DNA from: Dehalococcoidia bacterium | Lineage (GTDB): Bacteria; Chloroflexota; Dehalococcoidia; SZUA-161; SpSt-899 | NCBI GenBank assembly: GCA_028711995.1 | Contig: JAQTRE010000002.1 | Coordinates: 1,704 to 65,703 of the forward strand | Length of the DNA: 64,000 nt | Reading direction: 5' to 3' | Shown: one piece after another, positions 48,223-58,049 of the stretch | Position numbering within the stretch: position 1 is the first letter of the stretch | Layout: every line of letters begins with the position of its first letter | Position numbers and translations under genes: made by a program | Notes under the pieces: model-generated | Seen by the model: the letters and a program-made list of their open reading frames with translations, nothing else | Told to the model about the DNA's origin: nothing | The model's database searches: none

Positions 48223-49314
48223 TTATAGGGGAGAGAATCGTTTATCCAGCTTCCTCAGAATTTGAGGCATGGTGGTATATTCCATCTCATCCATCGGCAG
48301 GCGATGGGGTTCGAAGGGGCCGTGGCGGCGCAGGTATTCTGCAACCACGTTAGCCTGATGACGCGCCTCATCAAAACTGACATCATCGAACATATCGACC
48401 GGGCCGACCAGTTTTCCTCCTGAAAGCTGGAACCCGGCACACACCACTCGCGGCGGCCCATCAAAGCGCGAAGGGTTCGAGTTGGGAATCGAGCACGGCA
48501 TCAACGGCCCATTATGTGATCCTCGCATCCATCCCTCTACTGATTGAGGGAAGGCGAACGGCTCAAGCACTTCTCCCACAGCCGGGAAGATTCCCTGCGA
48601 TCGAACAACCAGCACTGGATCGTCTTTGCCAACATACCGCCCCGCTACTGCAAAAAGCTTATCGGTAGAGGAAACCGCCGCTATTTCGCCCGAAGGTCGA
48701 TGACGGATGGATTTAACCGCATAGCGCGATGGAGATCCAATAAGCGCTAGCATATCGTAAAGTTCCTCCGGACAATTGAAGGTCACCTTCCGATGTTTCC
48801 GCACATCATGCACCTCGAAACTGAATCCGGAATGCATGTTTTCAGCGATGATCAGGCCAATGGTATTGAAGGGGTCCGCGAACATTTTGTATAAGGGCAT
48901 ATTCCATGCGCCGGAAGAAGTCTTGTCCGCCATGAAGATAAGTACCGGTTCGGAGCCTCGCTCCTCAAATTGCATCTCGGCAGATCCCGGACCCATCCCT
49001 TTCACATTTCCGGAGAAAGCATCACTCAGGAGATCTTGCCCCGCTCCGTGAAGTTTGAGCTTCTTGGCAACTTCTGTGCAGGCGATGAAGGTATCCCAGG
49101 CTAGTCGATGGATACGCCCATTTCCCTCGCCTTCTTGGTGCGTCATAATGAGCTGCAGATCATCCCCGCATCGGGTGACGCAAAAATCAACCAGGAGCCC
49201 TTGCCCCTTGGCTCTTATCATGTGCTCTTTGGCTTCCGCGATGAGATCAGGGTGCATACTGGAGTGCCCGACATAACCCCCGACATCTGCCTTTATTACG
49301 CTTAGTGTGATCAT
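48223..49314 (-). CDS. fbp: Fructose-1,6-bisphosphate aldolase/phosphatase (archaeal-type bifunctional, class V FBPase)
   Basis: The N-terminus MITLSVIKADVGGYVGHSSMHPDL… and the 363-aa length are characteristic of the FBP aldolase/phosphatase family. Confidence 0.9.
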   Translation of the reverse strand: MITLSVIKADVGGYVGHSSMHPDLIAEAKEHMIRAKGQGLLVDFCVTRCGDDLQLIMTHQEGEGNGRIHRLAWDTFIACTEVAKKLKLHGAGQDLLSDAFSGNVKGMGPGSAEMQFEERGSEPVLIFMADKTSSGAWNMPLYKMFADPFNTIGLIIAENMHSGFSFEVHDVRKHRKVTFNCPEELYDMLALIGSPSRYAVKSIRHRPSGEIAAVSSTDKLFAVAGRYVGKDDPVLVVRSQGIFPAVGEVLEPFAFPQSVEGWMRGSHNGPLMPCSIPNSNPSRFDGPPRVVCAGFQLSGGKLVGPVDMFDDVSFDEARHQANVVAEYLRRHGPFEPHRLPMDEMEYTTMPQILRKLDKRFSPL

Positions 49315-49392
49315 ATCCCCTCTTTTCGTTTAGTTTAATTGTACATCACAATTCAAACCGCATCTCATATTGCCCATCGACTTGGCCAGCGG

Positions 49393-49917
49393 CTAGTATT
49401 CGAACCCGGGTCTGGCTTGGATTCCCTTACGATAGGGGTGCTGGACTTCCACCATCTCCGTGACCAGATCAGCGCACGCAATCAGCAAGGGGTCGGCATA
49501 ACGGCCGGTGAGAATAAGTTCAACATTGGGCGGCTTTGATTTTACCAAGTCGATCACATCTTCAAGTTTAATCAGGTTCCAGCCCGCGGCGATATTTACC
49601 TCATCAAGTACGACAACATCGTACAATCCGCTAAAAATAGCCTCCCGGGCAGCCTCCAGGGCTTTGCAGGCCTCGTCCCTGTCGATTTCCAGTATGTTAT
49701 CAGGATCAACAAACTCGATTCGCCCAAATCTCATGACCGTGATCTCAGGCAAGCGCCGTAAGGTCTCGTACTCTCCATAAGGGTAATCGCCCTTCATGAA
49801 GGACACGATGCAAACCCTCAGCCCATGGCCAACAGATCGGAGTACAGTACCTAGTGCCGCAGAGGTTTTGCCTTTTCCGTTGCCAGTGTAAAGCTGAACC
49901 AATCTTTTCTGCATCAA
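49393..49917 (-). CDS. cobO: Cob(I)yrinic acid a,c-diamide adenosyltransferase (CobA/CobO/BtuR type)
   Basis: The P-loop YTGNGKGKTSAALG is characteristic of CobO-type adenosyltransferases. Confidence 0.85.
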   Translation of the reverse strand: MMQKRLVQLYTGNGKGKTSAALGTVLRSVGHGLRVCIVSFMKGDYPYGEYETLRRLPEITVMRFGRIEFVDPDNILEIDRDEACKALEAAREAIFSGLYDVVVLDEVNIAAGWNLIKLEDVIDLVKSKPPNVELILTGRYADPLLIACADLVTEMVEVQHPYRKGIQARPGFEY

Positions 49918-50456
49918 ATCTCCTCGTATCTTGCTAGGGTGAAAAGAAGGTCGGCAAGTCTGTTCAGATAAGGGAGGAGGAATTTGTTTTTGACATCCCC
50001 GCTTTCATGCAATGAGACAGTCCTTCTTTCGGCCCGCCTCAGCATGGAACGGGACAAGTCCAGAGCAGCTGACCCCGGGTTCCCCCCCGGAATGATGAAA
50101 GCCTTGGGCATCTCAATCCCGGCCTCCAGCTCATCGATCATGCTCTCGAGATCGTCCGCCATCTTTTCGGTGATGGGACTAAACTGGGAGATGAATCGCT
50201 CATAGTCAGCTGATTCAACAGCAAGCTCCGCACCCACCGAAAACAACTCTTTTTGAGCTTTCAAGATAATCTCTCTTGTCCGCTCCTTTTTTACCAGACT
50301 CCTCGCCAGCCCCAGAGCAGATACCACTTCATCCACAGTCCCATAGGCCTCACAACGGGGAGAGTTTTTAGAGACCCTTGCACCATAAAGCAGGCTGGTT
50401 GTACCCTTGTCTCCACGCTTGTTGAACGTCTTCATTTTAGGATCGACAGCAGCCAC
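49914..50456 (-). CDS. ATP:cob(I)alamin adenosyltransferase, PduO type (MMAB family)
   Basis: …KRGDKGTTSLLYGARVSKNSPRCEAYGTVDEV… matches the PduO-type N-terminal signature. It overlaps the cobO start by 4 bp. Confidence 0.8.
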   Translation of the reverse strand: MAAVDPKMKTFNKRGDKGTTSLLYGARVSKNSPRCEAYGTVDEVVSALGLARSLVKKERTREIILKAQKELFSVGAELAVESADYERFISQFSPITEKMADDLESMIDELEAGIEMPKAFIIPGGNPGSAALDLSRSMLRRAERRTVSLHESGDVKNKFLLPYLNRLADLLFTLARYEEI

Positions 50457-50630
50457 TTTCTCACTTCAGGGGCGGGTGTAAACACAAAGTATAAAGTTAC
50501 TTTAGCAGGCGTCAGATGCAGTGTCAAGAAAATTTAGAGCGTCAATCCCGGACTCTGAACGAAGATTGCGAGACTTCTAGTACCAATGTTTCCTCTGGAT
50601 TACGCGCTCCACGGAAGGATTGCAGTCGGA

Positions 50631-52058
50631 CTAGGCTCCGTTGGTGTGGAAGCGGTAGTAGTCCAGCAGTTTTCTGAGAGCATATGCCGATCTCTCATAA
50701 CTCAGATAGCTCGGTATTCCTGCCTGCTGCAGCCTCAGATTCAAGTCACCCAGCGCTTTGCCGTCTGCGTAGGGATCGGGAGAAAGCAGAAGCCCTACAA
50801 AAGGTTTTTCCACTTTGTCACGCGTTCCAATCAGCGCTCTGATGATGCGTGCCAGCCGATCTGGTCGAGTGGTGAAGGTGGATATTCCTCCAATTTGTAC
50901 TGCAACAATATCGATGTTCGCATCCTGGGCCACTATTTCTATAGAGGCCTCCATATTTTCATCGTTCATAGCGCCGAGGTCAATCGGGTTCTGGCAGCTG
51001 GCCCCGACTGTCCTGAGCATGTCCTCTAATTTGCTGTGGGTTGATTTCTGCAGCAATGGGACACGCAAACCCGCGCTGGCAAAGGCATCCGTCACCGATA
51101 CGGATTGCCCGCCTGACCATCCGATGACGCCCATTCCGTCTCCCGTGACCTCTGGCAGACAGGCCAACGCCTTGATCACATCGATCATCTGATCCAGGCA
51201 ACCCACGCCAATGGCTCCGCATTGCTTTATGGCGATATCCCACGTGTCTGTGGATCCGGATAGAGCTCCTGTGTGGGACAATGTGGCTCTCATGCCTTCA
51301 TCTGTCCGCCCTCCCTTCCAGATGACAACGGGCTTCCGGGGAGTAATTTCCCTTAGCAAGCGGAAGAACCGCTGCCCATCTTTCACATCCTCGACATACA
51401 TCCCTATGATCTTGGTTTCCTCATCGTGTGCGAAATAGTCCAGGAAATCCGTGCTTTCCAGGACCACTCCGTTCCCAACGCTGACGACCTTGTTGATCGC
51501 CACACCCTGGGCCTTTGCCGCAACCGAAAAACCCCCGCCATGTCCTCCACTCTGCGAGATGAATGATACCGGCCCCTTTTCGCCAACGGCTTGAATCGGC
51601 AAAAATCGCAACCCGATCTCCGGATTATAGACGCCCATGCAGTTGGGACCAAGGAGAGCCAGGCCAGCCTCTCTGGCCATTTTCCCGATATGCCGTTGCA
51701 AATTGATGCCTTCGACACGGCCGGATTCTGCGAACCCGGCCGTGAACATCGATACACCGCCCACTTTCTTTTCGATGCAATCCCTGATTACCGAAGAAGA
51801 CGCCTGCATGGGAACCGAAACCACTACATAGTCAATCTCTTCAGGAATTTCCAGAAGGCTCTTATAGTTGGGAATTCCCATCTTCTCAATGCCGGGAATC
51901 TCCCTGGGGTCAATCTGGACAGAAAACACCTTCCCCCTAAACGTGCTCATGTTAGTGAGCCACATGTAGCCAAACTTCTCCTTATCGCCTATTACGGCTA
52001 CAGTTCTGGGATTGAGGGCGCGGTCCAGCCTCTCTCTACTGACATGCATTATCGTCAT
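50631..52058 (-). CDS. ADP-forming acyl-CoA synthetase alpha subunit (CoA-binding + succinyl-CoA-synthetase-like domains, 475 aa)
   Basis: A CoA-binding Rossmann N-terminus (…TVAVIGDKEKFG…), a phosphohistidine loop (SHTGALSG) and a CoA-ligase flavodoxin-like domain. No beta/ATP-grasp partner is adjacent. Confidence 0.7.
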   Translation of the reverse strand: MTIMHVSRERLDRALNPRTVAVIGDKEKFGYMWLTNMSTFRGKVFSVQIDPREIPGIEKMGIPNYKSLLEIPEEIDYVVVSVPMQASSSVIRDCIEKKVGGVSMFTAGFAESGRVEGINLQRHIGKMAREAGLALLGPNCMGVYNPEIGLRFLPIQAVGEKGPVSFISQSGGHGGGFSVAAKAQGVAINKVVSVGNGVVLESTDFLDYFAHDEETKIIGMYVEDVKDGQRFFRLLREITPRKPVVIWKGGRTDEGMRATLSHTGALSGSTDTWDIAIKQCGAIGVGCLDQMIDVIKALACLPEVTGDGMGVIGWSGGQSVSVTDAFASAGLRVPLLQKSTHSKLEDMLRTVGASCQNPIDLGAMNDENMEASIEIVAQDANIDIVAVQIGGISTFTTRPDRLARIIRALIGTRDKVEKPFVGLLLSPDPYADGKALGDLNLRLQQAGIPSYLSYERSAYALRKLLDYYRFHTNGA

Positions 52059-52258
52059 ACTCCTTCCAGAGCTTTCAATTGCAGTGCCTGGCGCTCTTGA
52101 CCAATAGCAACTATGGATCAGCAGGGTTTTCTTGTCAAGGTCCGCACGCCAAAGTAGAATAGAGCCACTGGTTCGCCATCACTTCACTGACCAGCACAAT
52201 CGCTACGGCTGATATGACATGGTCCCGACAAATCCGAGGAATCCTGAGGAAAGCAACG

Positions 52259-52960
52259 ATGCGCATCGAAATCTTGACCCTTTTTCCCGAAATGTTCCAT
52301 GGCCCTTTTAATGAAAGCATCATCAAGAGAGCCATTGACAATAAGTTGATCGAAATCGTCTTTCATAACCTGCGAGATTGGGGTTTGGGCAGGCATAAAA
52401 CCGTTGATGACTACCCTCATGGCGGTGGGGCGGGGATGGTGCTCATGCCAGAGCCGCTCTTTACCGCCGTGGAATCCATAAAGGGATCGGAGGAATTTCC
52501 GGTGATCTTGCTCACCCCCCAGGGCAGGCTTTTTAATCAGAAGATTGCCGAGGAGCTTTCCTGTTATCCGCGATTTCTGCTCATCTGTGGACACTATGAG
52601 GGCGTCGATGAGAGAATCAGAGAGCATCTGTGTACTGACGAGATCAGCATCGGCGACTATGTTCTGACCGGGGGAGAGTTACCCGCCATGGTGGTTATCG
52701 ATGCCGTGGCCAGACAAATTCCCGGTGTTTTGGGCTCGTGCGAATCGTCAAAGGATGATTCGCACGCCAGCGGACTTCTGGAGTACCCCCACTACACTCG
52801 ACCCCGCACATTCCGCGGTTGGGAAGTTCCGGAGGTCTTGCTTTCTGGAAATCACGCCGAGATTGCCAAATGGCGTCATGAGCAATCGATCCTGCGGACC
52901 GCCACCCACCGGCCCGACCTTCTGGAAAAGGCCGATGTTAAGGAAAGCGAGACTTCTTAG
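52259..52960 (+). CDS. trmD: tRNA (guanine37-N1)-methyltransferase. The start is at [13 protein letters not shown]; the track ORF begins at 52214.
   Basis: [13 protein letters not shown]…GGGAGMV… …[12 protein letters not shown]… are the TrmD signatures. Confidence 0.9.
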   Translation: MRIEILTLFPEMFHGPFNESIIKRAIDNKLIEIVFHNLRDWGLGRHKTVDDYPHGGGAGMVLMPEPLFTAVESIKGSEEFPVILLTPQGRLFNQKIAEELSCYPRFLLICGHYEGVDERIREHLCTDEISIGDYVLTGGELPAMVVIDAVARQIPGVLGSCESSKDDSHASGLLEYPHYTRPRTFRGWEVPEVLLSGNHAEIAKWRHEQSILRTATHRPDLLEKADVKESETS

Positions 52961-54656
52961 TTCGGAAAGGTTTTGGTTTCTTTTCCTTTTCGACCCTCTG
53001 GAGAGCGTCCTTCTGCTCCTGGATCCCCTGCAAGGTTTTCTCGCAGGCTATACTGTTTCCTGCCATATCGGTTTCGCAGAAATACATCGTGGTGGAGATT
53101 GTTGACGGGGTGGGGGTGAATATCTGTACCTGCTCAGGGGTAAATCTCAGCCCGGTAGACAGAAAGTCCCTGAGGCGCTGCATATGCCCCATGGTACAGC
53201 CCGGATGTGCGGCGATGAAATAGTACGTCATAAAATAGCGTTTGCCTATTGCGGCGCAAGTGCTGTCAAACATTTCCTTGAATTGCAGCAGCGATTTCAC
53301 TGAAGGTTTGTTCATCAGCGTCAGGATTCTATCGTCGGAATGCTCCGGTGCCACTTTGATCTGCCCGGAAACATGATACCTGACGAGTTGTTCGATATAG
53401 CGTTTTGCGGTGTTCTTATCAGCCATAACCAGATCAGGCCGGATACCCGACGAGACAAAAACTCTCTTTATCCCTGTAACACTTCTAAGCCGTTCAAGGA
53501 GTTCGATCTGTGCCTGGTGTCCAAACTGTAGATTGGGACACGGTTTCGGCATTAGACAATGCTTATTGCTGCAGCGCCATCCCTTGAGGCATGTGGCGCC
53601 GTACATGTTGGCCGTCGGTCCTCCTATATCGGAAATTATTCCGTTGAACCCTGGAGTTCGGCTGATGCGAACAGCTTCCTCCATGATTGATTTCGTGCTA
53701 CGGGAAACAACCGTCCGGCCCTGATGAACAGCGATGGCACAGAAATTACATTGCCCAAAACACCCTCGATGGGTGGTGATGGAATACCGGATGGTATCGA
53801 GGGCTCTTATCTCACCGGTTTTGTAATAAGGGTGTGCATCCCTCTCGAAATCCAGGGCATATATCTCGTCGATTTCTGCAGAAGACAACGGCGGCTGAGA
53901 CGGATTATGAATCAGGAATCGATCGCCGTGCTTCTGTACCAAACCTGTGGACGTATTTTCGGCATTCCTCTCAAACAACTCCGACATCCGGCGAAATGCC
54001 GTCTTATCGCTTGAGACTTCCTCGAACGATGGGATCTCGATGAAATCCCCTTTGGGCAAGGTCTTGGCGATATAGCAAAGCCCTCTGATTTGTTTCCAAT
54101 CGGAGCCTTCTCTCAATGCATGTGCCAGTTCGATGACCGTCTTCTCCGCCATGCCATAAGCGAGAATGTCCGCTTTTGAATCAAAAAGGATCGATCTCCT
54201 AACGGCATCGTCCCAATAATCGTAATGCGCGATGCGCCGCAAACTAGCCTCAATCCCGCCAAGGACGATGGGTTTCGTCTTTTTGAAGTGCTGTCGGATA
54301 AGGCCGGTATAGGCGATCGTTGCCCGGTTTGGCCGGATATTGATGCCGCCGGGAGTGTAATCATCCTGATGGCGCCGCTTCTTCGTTGCGGTATAATTTG
54401 CCACCATGGAATCGATTGATCCGGCGGTCACTCCCCAGAACAACCGCGGTTCCCCAAGACGGGTGATATCCTTGCCATCGGTTATCGAAGGCTGGGCGAT
54501 AACAGCCGTTTTGAGACCCTGTTGAAGCAGGTACTTTCCTATTACTGCTATGCCTATATGGGGGCTATCTATATAGGTATCCCCTGTGACCAGAATAACG
54601 TCCGGCCTCTCCCAGCCGAGGGCTTTGAGTTCGAGTGCGGTCGTTGGCAAGAACAT
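52938..54656 (-). CDS. YgiQ-family (UPF0313) radical SAM protein
   Basis: 572 aa with an N-terminal YgiQ domain and a radical-SAM CxxxCxxC motif (CFGQCNFC). Confidence 0.85.
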   Translation of the reverse strand: MFLPTTALELKALGWERPDVILVTGDTYIDSPHIGIAVIGKYLLQQGLKTAVIAQPSITDGKDITRLGEPRLFWGVTAGSIDSMVANYTATKKRRHQDDYTPGGINIRPNRATIAYTGLIRQHFKKTKPIVLGGIEASLRRIAHYDYWDDAVRRSILFDSKADILAYGMAEKTVIELAHALREGSDWKQIRGLCYIAKTLPKGDFIEIPSFEEVSSDKTAFRRMSELFERNAENTSTGLVQKHGDRFLIHNPSQPPLSSAEIDEIYALDFERDAHPYYKTGEIRALDTIRYSITTHRGCFGQCNFCAIAVHQGRTVVSRSTKSIMEEAVRISRTPGFNGIISDIGGPTANMYGATCLKGWRCSNKHCLMPKPCPNLQFGHQAQIELLERLRSVTGIKRVFVSSGIRPDLVMADKNTAKRYIEQLVRYHVSGQIKVAPEHSDDRILTLMNKPSVKSLLQFKEMFDSTCAAIGKRYFMTYYFIAAHPGCTMGHMQRLRDFLSTGLRFTPEQVQIFTPTPSTISTTMYFCETDMAGNSIACEKTLQGIQEQKDALQRVEKEKKPKPFRTKKSRFP

Positions 54657-54840
54657 GCGCGATTCCTTGCTGCCAGGGATACAAAGGGTAGCGCCGGGCA
54701 GAATTTCACCTGATTTGCAGACTAGTATAGCATGTCAGGCCGAGATTTGAAAAAGGAATGTCTCAATATACCCCGCCACTATTCCAAAGGAGAGACTTGA
54801 TCTTGACTTATGAGCTATCCAAGCTGTAGTCTAGGTAATT

Positions 54841-55491
54841 GTGAAAAGGGGACGGAAAGGGCCAATGGAAGGTGATATTCTGCCGGGTGAGATCGTTGAG
54901 GAAAAACCTCCTGACACAGTGGAGGTAAGCCAGCGAAAAAGACGATATTCCATAGCGATACTTATCATCGCGGTCGCCATCGTTGTGGCTGTTATTGTCC
55001 TGGTTGACAAGCCGGACGGCTCCACCGATTATTGGGAATACATCAGAAACACGGGCTATGTTGGTGTGCTGCTTATGGCCCTCATCGGGAGCACCTCCCC
55101 GATCTGGCCGCTGCCGGGTTCCTGGGCAGCATTCATCGCTGGCGGGCTGGGCTTAAATCCTATTATTCTGGGACTGGTTGCTGGTATCGGCGAAACAATA
55201 GGCGAGCTGACTGCCTACATGGCAGGATATGGCGGACAGGGAGCCATTGCTAAGTGGAAAAGATACAAGCAAATCGAGGGATGGACGGCCCGGCATGGCG
55301 CAATAACCATCTTCCTTCTTTCAGCCGTGCCAAATTTCTTCATCAAGCTGGTAGTTATGGCCGCGGGCGCCCTTCGTTATCCCTGGTGGAAATTCTTTTT
55401 CCTTTGCTGGGGAGGAAAGACAATCAAGGACTTCTGCTTTGCTCTGGCCGGCGCAGGCCTGTTCGGTGTGATCATGAGTCTCCTTGACTAG
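54841..55491 (+). CDS. DedA/VTT-domain (YqaA-like) membrane protein
   Basis: Four to five TM helices and the glycine-rich VTT core (…AAFIAGGLGLNPIILGLVAGIGETIG…). Confidence 0.55.
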   Translation: MKRGRKGPMEGDILPGEIVEEKPPDTVEVSQRKRRYSIAILIIAVAIVVAVIVLVDKPDGSTDYWEYIRNTGYVGVLLMALIGSTSPIWPLPGSWAAFIAGGLGLNPIILGLVAGIGETIGELTAYMAGYGGQGAIAKWKRYKQIEGWTARHGAITIFLLSAVPNFFIKLVVMAAGALRYPWWKFFFLCWGGKTIKDFCFALAGAGLFGVIMSLLD

Positions 55492-55976
55492 TGACCCTGA
55501 TTGTGGTGGCCATGGTGATGATGATAGTCATTCGGCTTTGGGGAGTGAACGCCTCTTTGTAATACATGGTATTTGCCTTCCAATGCCCCGATCCCGACCA
55601 GAATAGCCACCGTCAGGACAGCGATAACCATTGCCTCTGCATATTGCTCAAAGCCAACCACTGCGCCTATGGCAGCCAATACCCATATCACAGCCGATGA
55701 GGTTACCCCAGCAATCACGCCTTCGCGAGCAATGATAACGCCGGCCCCAAGAAAACCGATCCCTGTTACCACTTGCCCGAGCACACGGGTTCTATCCGTA
55801 TTGCCCCCTACCTCAGAAGATCCCAGATTAATAAACAAAGCCGTACCTAGGCAAATGAGAATACTGGTGCGCACACCGGCTGGCTTGCCCCTCATTTGGC
55901 GCTCAAGGCCAATGCCCCCACCGCATAATATTGATACGCCAATCATCTGCCAGAAACTGAGTGTGGTAACATCCAT
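55488..55976 (-). CDS. mgtC: MgtC/SapB family membrane protein. The start is taken at MDVTTLSF; the track ORF extends to 56051.
   Basis: …ILCGGGIGLERQMRGKPAGVRTS… is the MgtC family signature. Confidence 0.75.
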   Translation of the reverse strand: MDVTTLSFWQMIGVSILCGGGIGLERQMRGKPAGVRTSILICLGTALFINLGSSEVGGNTDRTRVLGQVVTGIGFLGAGVIIAREGVIAGVTSSAVIWVLAAIGAVVGFEQYAEAMVIAVLTVAILVGIGALEGKYHVLQRGVHSPKPNDYHHHHGHHNQGH

Positions 55977-56110
55977 TGGCCACCGCCTTTGTTCAATGAA
56001 TGAGGTATCTTTAACTACCTCAATTTGCGAAATAGTATAGCATATGGACATCCAGTGGGGTAAGGGGACTAAGAAGAATCAATCACGCAACGATGTGATA
56101 TATTTATGAC

Positions 56111-57418
56111 ATGGACATCATTCTCTTGGTCGCTCTTATCATCTCATCATCGGCATTGGCTATCCTGATTCTCAGAGGCAAGCAAGGGACTGATGGAAAC
56201 GAGCGCCTTGAGCGGACGATCCGTGAAGAATTTCGAGCTGCCAGAGAGGAGTCCGCTAAGACAGCAAGAGCCCTGCGTGAGGAAATATCGGCCGGGCAAA
56301 TGATTTCCATGGAAACTCTGGTCAAAACGATCAGCGAGATGGGGAAATCACAGAGCGAGAATCTCGAACTGGTGGCAAGGCGAATAAGAGAGCTCACCGA
56401 GTCCAACGAGTCCAGTATCGAAAGAATGCGCGGCATCATCGAAGCCCGGTTAAACAATCTCCAGGAAAGCAATGAGAAGAAACTCGATCAGATGCGCCAA
56501 ACAGTTGATGAAAAGCTGCAGAGCACCCTCGAGAGGCGTCTAGGCGAATCGTTCAAACTCGTCAGCGAGCGCCTGGAGGCAGTTCAGCGCGGCCTCGGTG
56601 AGATGCAGAGCTTGGCAACCGGCGTGGGAGATTTGAAGCGCGTGCTTACCAACGTGAAGGCACGCGGCACATGGGCTGAGGTACAACTGGGAGCTTTGCT
56701 CGAACAGATCCTCGCTCCGGATCAATATGCCAAAAACGTGCAGACTCGGGAAGGATCGCGCGAAATCGTTGAGTATGCCATCCGTCTTCCCGGAACAGAT
56801 GAGGGACCGGATTCACATGTGTGGCTGCCGATCGATTCGAAGTTTCCCCAAGAGGATTACTTGCGGCTTCTTGATGCGACGGATGCCGCTGATATCGAAG
56901 CGATACAAAGAGCAACTGCATGTCTCCTGCGCACCGTCCAGACCTCAGCCAAAGACATTTCCGGAAAATACCTCGATCCTCCGCGAACCACCGATTTTGC
57001 CATCATGTTCCTGCCAACGGAAGGTCTTTATGCAGAGGTGCTCCGGCAGCCGGGACAGGTGGAGGAAATGCAGCAGAAATACCGTGTTGTCATTGCCGGT
57101 CCCACCACACTGGCAGCGATCCTCAGCAGCCTGCGCATGGGATTTCAGACTGTGGCGCTCGAAAAGCGATCCCATGAGGTCTGGACCGTCCTAGCTGCAG
57201 TCAATACCGAATTCCGAAAATTCGGGGAGGCCCTGGGAAAGGTCAAGAGGCAGCTCGACACGGCCTCTAAGACGATTGACCAGACAGAGGTCCGGACCAG
57301 GGCCATGGTTCGAAAACTGCGCGAGGTACAGCAGCTTTCAGAGGTGGAATCGGCGCAACTTCTCGAGCTCGACGGGTTGGCAAAACAGGATTCAGCCGAT
57401 GATGAAATGGGACCGTGA
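56111..57418 (+). CDS. rmuC: DNA recombination protein RmuC
   Basis: An N-terminal TM anchor, a long coiled coil and the C-terminal RmuC nuclease-like domain (…DFAIMFLPTEGLY…). Confidence 0.85.
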   Translation: MDIILLVALIISSSALAILILRGKQGTDGNERLERTIREEFRAAREESAKTARALREEISAGQMISMETLVKTISEMGKSQSENLELVARRIRELTESNESSIERMRGIIEARLNNLQESNEKKLDQMRQTVDEKLQSTLERRLGESFKLVSERLEAVQRGLGEMQSLATGVGDLKRVLTNVKARGTWAEVQLGALLEQILAPDQYAKNVQTREGSREIVEYAIRLPGTDEGPDSHVWLPIDSKFPQEDYLRLLDATDAADIEAIQRATACLLRTVQTSAKDISGKYLDPPRTTDFAIMFLPTEGLYAEVLRQPGQVEEMQQKYRVVIAGPTTLAAILSSLRMGFQTVALEKRSHEVWTVLAAVNTEFRKFGEALGKVKRQLDTASKTIDQTEVRTRAMVRKLREVQQLSEVESAQLLELDGLAKQDSADDEMGP

Positions 57419-57613
57419 GTGGGAATTCATGACTATCGGCTATTGCACTTCTTCCGAATATCCCGTATACTCCAATCAGTGGCATGATCAAGGTTACCAA
57501 ATCTCCCAGAAACCCCTTAGACTTATCCCGGCAAAGGTCTTTTCAAGGAAAGGTTCCTCAAGATATTGGATGACCGAGGTTCAGTTCACGATATTCAAAA
57601 AGGAGGTCATCCA

Positions 57614-57946
57614 ATGAGTTTCACCGATAGGCAAATGCAGTGTGCGGATTGTGGGAGTACGTTCACCTTCACAGCAAGTGAACAGGAGTTCTTCGCCAAC
57701 AAGGGTTTCACCAATGATCCCAAGCGTTGTCCCGATTGTCGCACAACAAGAAAGCAAGCGCGCGGTGGGAGTGCTGGTGGAGGCGGAAGCTTTGGGAGTT
57801 TTGGCTCCCGCAGACAGATGTATCCGGCAGTATGCGCCGCATGTGGCACCAACACCGAAGTGCCGTTCGAGCCTCGCCTGGACAGACCTGTCTATTGTAG
57901 CCAGTGCTACAGCAGCCAGGGTGGCGGATCCAAGAGCAGGCGATAA
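57614..57946 (+). CDS. Zinc-ribbon protein with two CxxC…CxxC modules separated by a Gly-rich linker (~110 aa from MSFTDRQ)
   Basis: CADCGSTF…CPDCR and CAACGTNTEVPF…CSQCY, with GGGSFGSFGS between them. Confidence 0.5.
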   Translation: MSFTDRQMQCADCGSTFTFTASEQEFFANKGFTNDPKRCPDCRTTRKQARGGSAGGGGSFGSFGSRRQMYPAVCAACGTNTEVPFEPRLDRPVYCSQCYSSQGGGSKSRR

Positions 57947-58049
57947 CCTGACTGTTAGGTAGGTTCACATAGGGGCCGGGACTAGTTCCCGGCCCCTTTT
58001 TTGGGCATCGCTTTGATTTGACAGTTCTACCAACAGTAAACTACAATCC

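Noticed and set aside
55573-56040. 155-aa plus-strand ORF
   Set aside because: Antisense to mgtC. Pro/Thr-rich off-frame translation.
56727-57194. 155-aa and 85-aa plus-strand ORFs, and 56104-56472 minus
   Set aside because: They overlap the rmuC coding frame in alternative frames.
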